Shown here: positions 63,701-64,000 of the stretch, piece by piece
Layout of the letters: each line of letters starts with the position of its first letter
Position numbering within the stretch: position 1 is the first letter of the stretch
DNA from: Eledone cirrhosa
Taxonomy: Eukaryota
NCBI GenBank assembly: GCA_964016885.1
Contig: OZ024756.1
Location: 20,646,001 to 20,710,000 of the forward strand
Length of the DNA stretch: 64,000 bases
Direction: 5' to 3'
Notes under the pieces: model-generated
Told to the model about the DNA's origin: nothing
What the model saw: only the letters and a program-made list of their open reading frames with translations
The model's database searches: none
Position numbers and translations under genes: made by a program

Positions 63701-64000
63701 CAGGAAAAACAAACAAAACCTACCTTTACCTCTAGTTCCTTAATACTTTCAGGGATGACACCAGTTTGTAGTTGATGTTCTATGACAAATGTCCTGCAGA
63801 TAGTCATACTTGTCACTTTTCCAGATTCCGGTAGGTGCCACATCACAATTGCCAAGAGATTTCACTAGATGTTTTATTGCTCTCAATTGCCAAGAGATTT
63901 CACTAGATGTTTTATTGCTCTCAATACCAGGTTCACATCATTTTGTAGATCATCCGTCATACAGTTGTCACCAATGTCTTGCTACCAAATTTCTGTAGAT
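45720..64000. repeat. 34/36-bp satellite (GTTGTCACCAATGTCTTGTAGATGTTCCACCA[TA/CA][GA/CA])n interleaved with recurring unique cassettes; higher-order repeats of about 0.5-1.3 kb and one about 4.45-kb-offset duplication; runs off the window end
   Basis: Directly visible; ORF track shows duplicated peptides at offsets 4444-4480 (48465/52909, 49854/54334) and 574-577 (58369/58946). Confidence 0.95.

Larger units (their letters stand above)
31800..64000 (-). ncRNA. Putative large repeat-built long non-coding transcript (hypothetical)
   Basis: Dozens of strong minus-strand acceptors and donors in one orientation; a unique terminal-exon-like segment after ctactttcag| at 32144 with stops in all three frames and AATAAA at 31938-31943; no credible protein ORF. 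Transcription is not demonstrated. Confidence 0.35.

Overview
Eukaryotic (metazoan) AT-rich genomic DNA. The SINE, MITE and LINE repertoire looks like that of an octopod cephalopod; this assignment is inferred from recognition, not searched. Left half (1-31 kb): the last six coding exons of SSR1/TRAP-alpha on + and, converging on it, a complete 15-exon CTU2 gene on - (454 aa, all exon phases consistent). Introns are packed with tRNA-SINEs, TTAA and hAT MITEs, LINE remnants and minisatellites. A promoter-like block with two RFX X-boxes lies about 1.1 kb upstream of the CTU2 ATG. Right half (about 32-64 kb): a single-orientation domain almost free of transposable elements, built from related 30-, 31- and 34/36-bp satellites and kb-scale higher-order repeats, with one decayed 2.7-kb hAT transposon. 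The most striking signal is on the minus strand of this domain: about 40 copies of a cassette with a consensus 5' splice site only about 22 nt upstream of a consensus 3' splice site (GAG|GTATGTTTTGTTTCATTTTCAG|GT). Similar donor-acceptor pairs occur in modules without obvious similarity to that cassette. This suggests a large repeat-built non-coding transcript with unusual splicing; transcription is unproven. Most ORFs in the supplied track are repeat artefacts.
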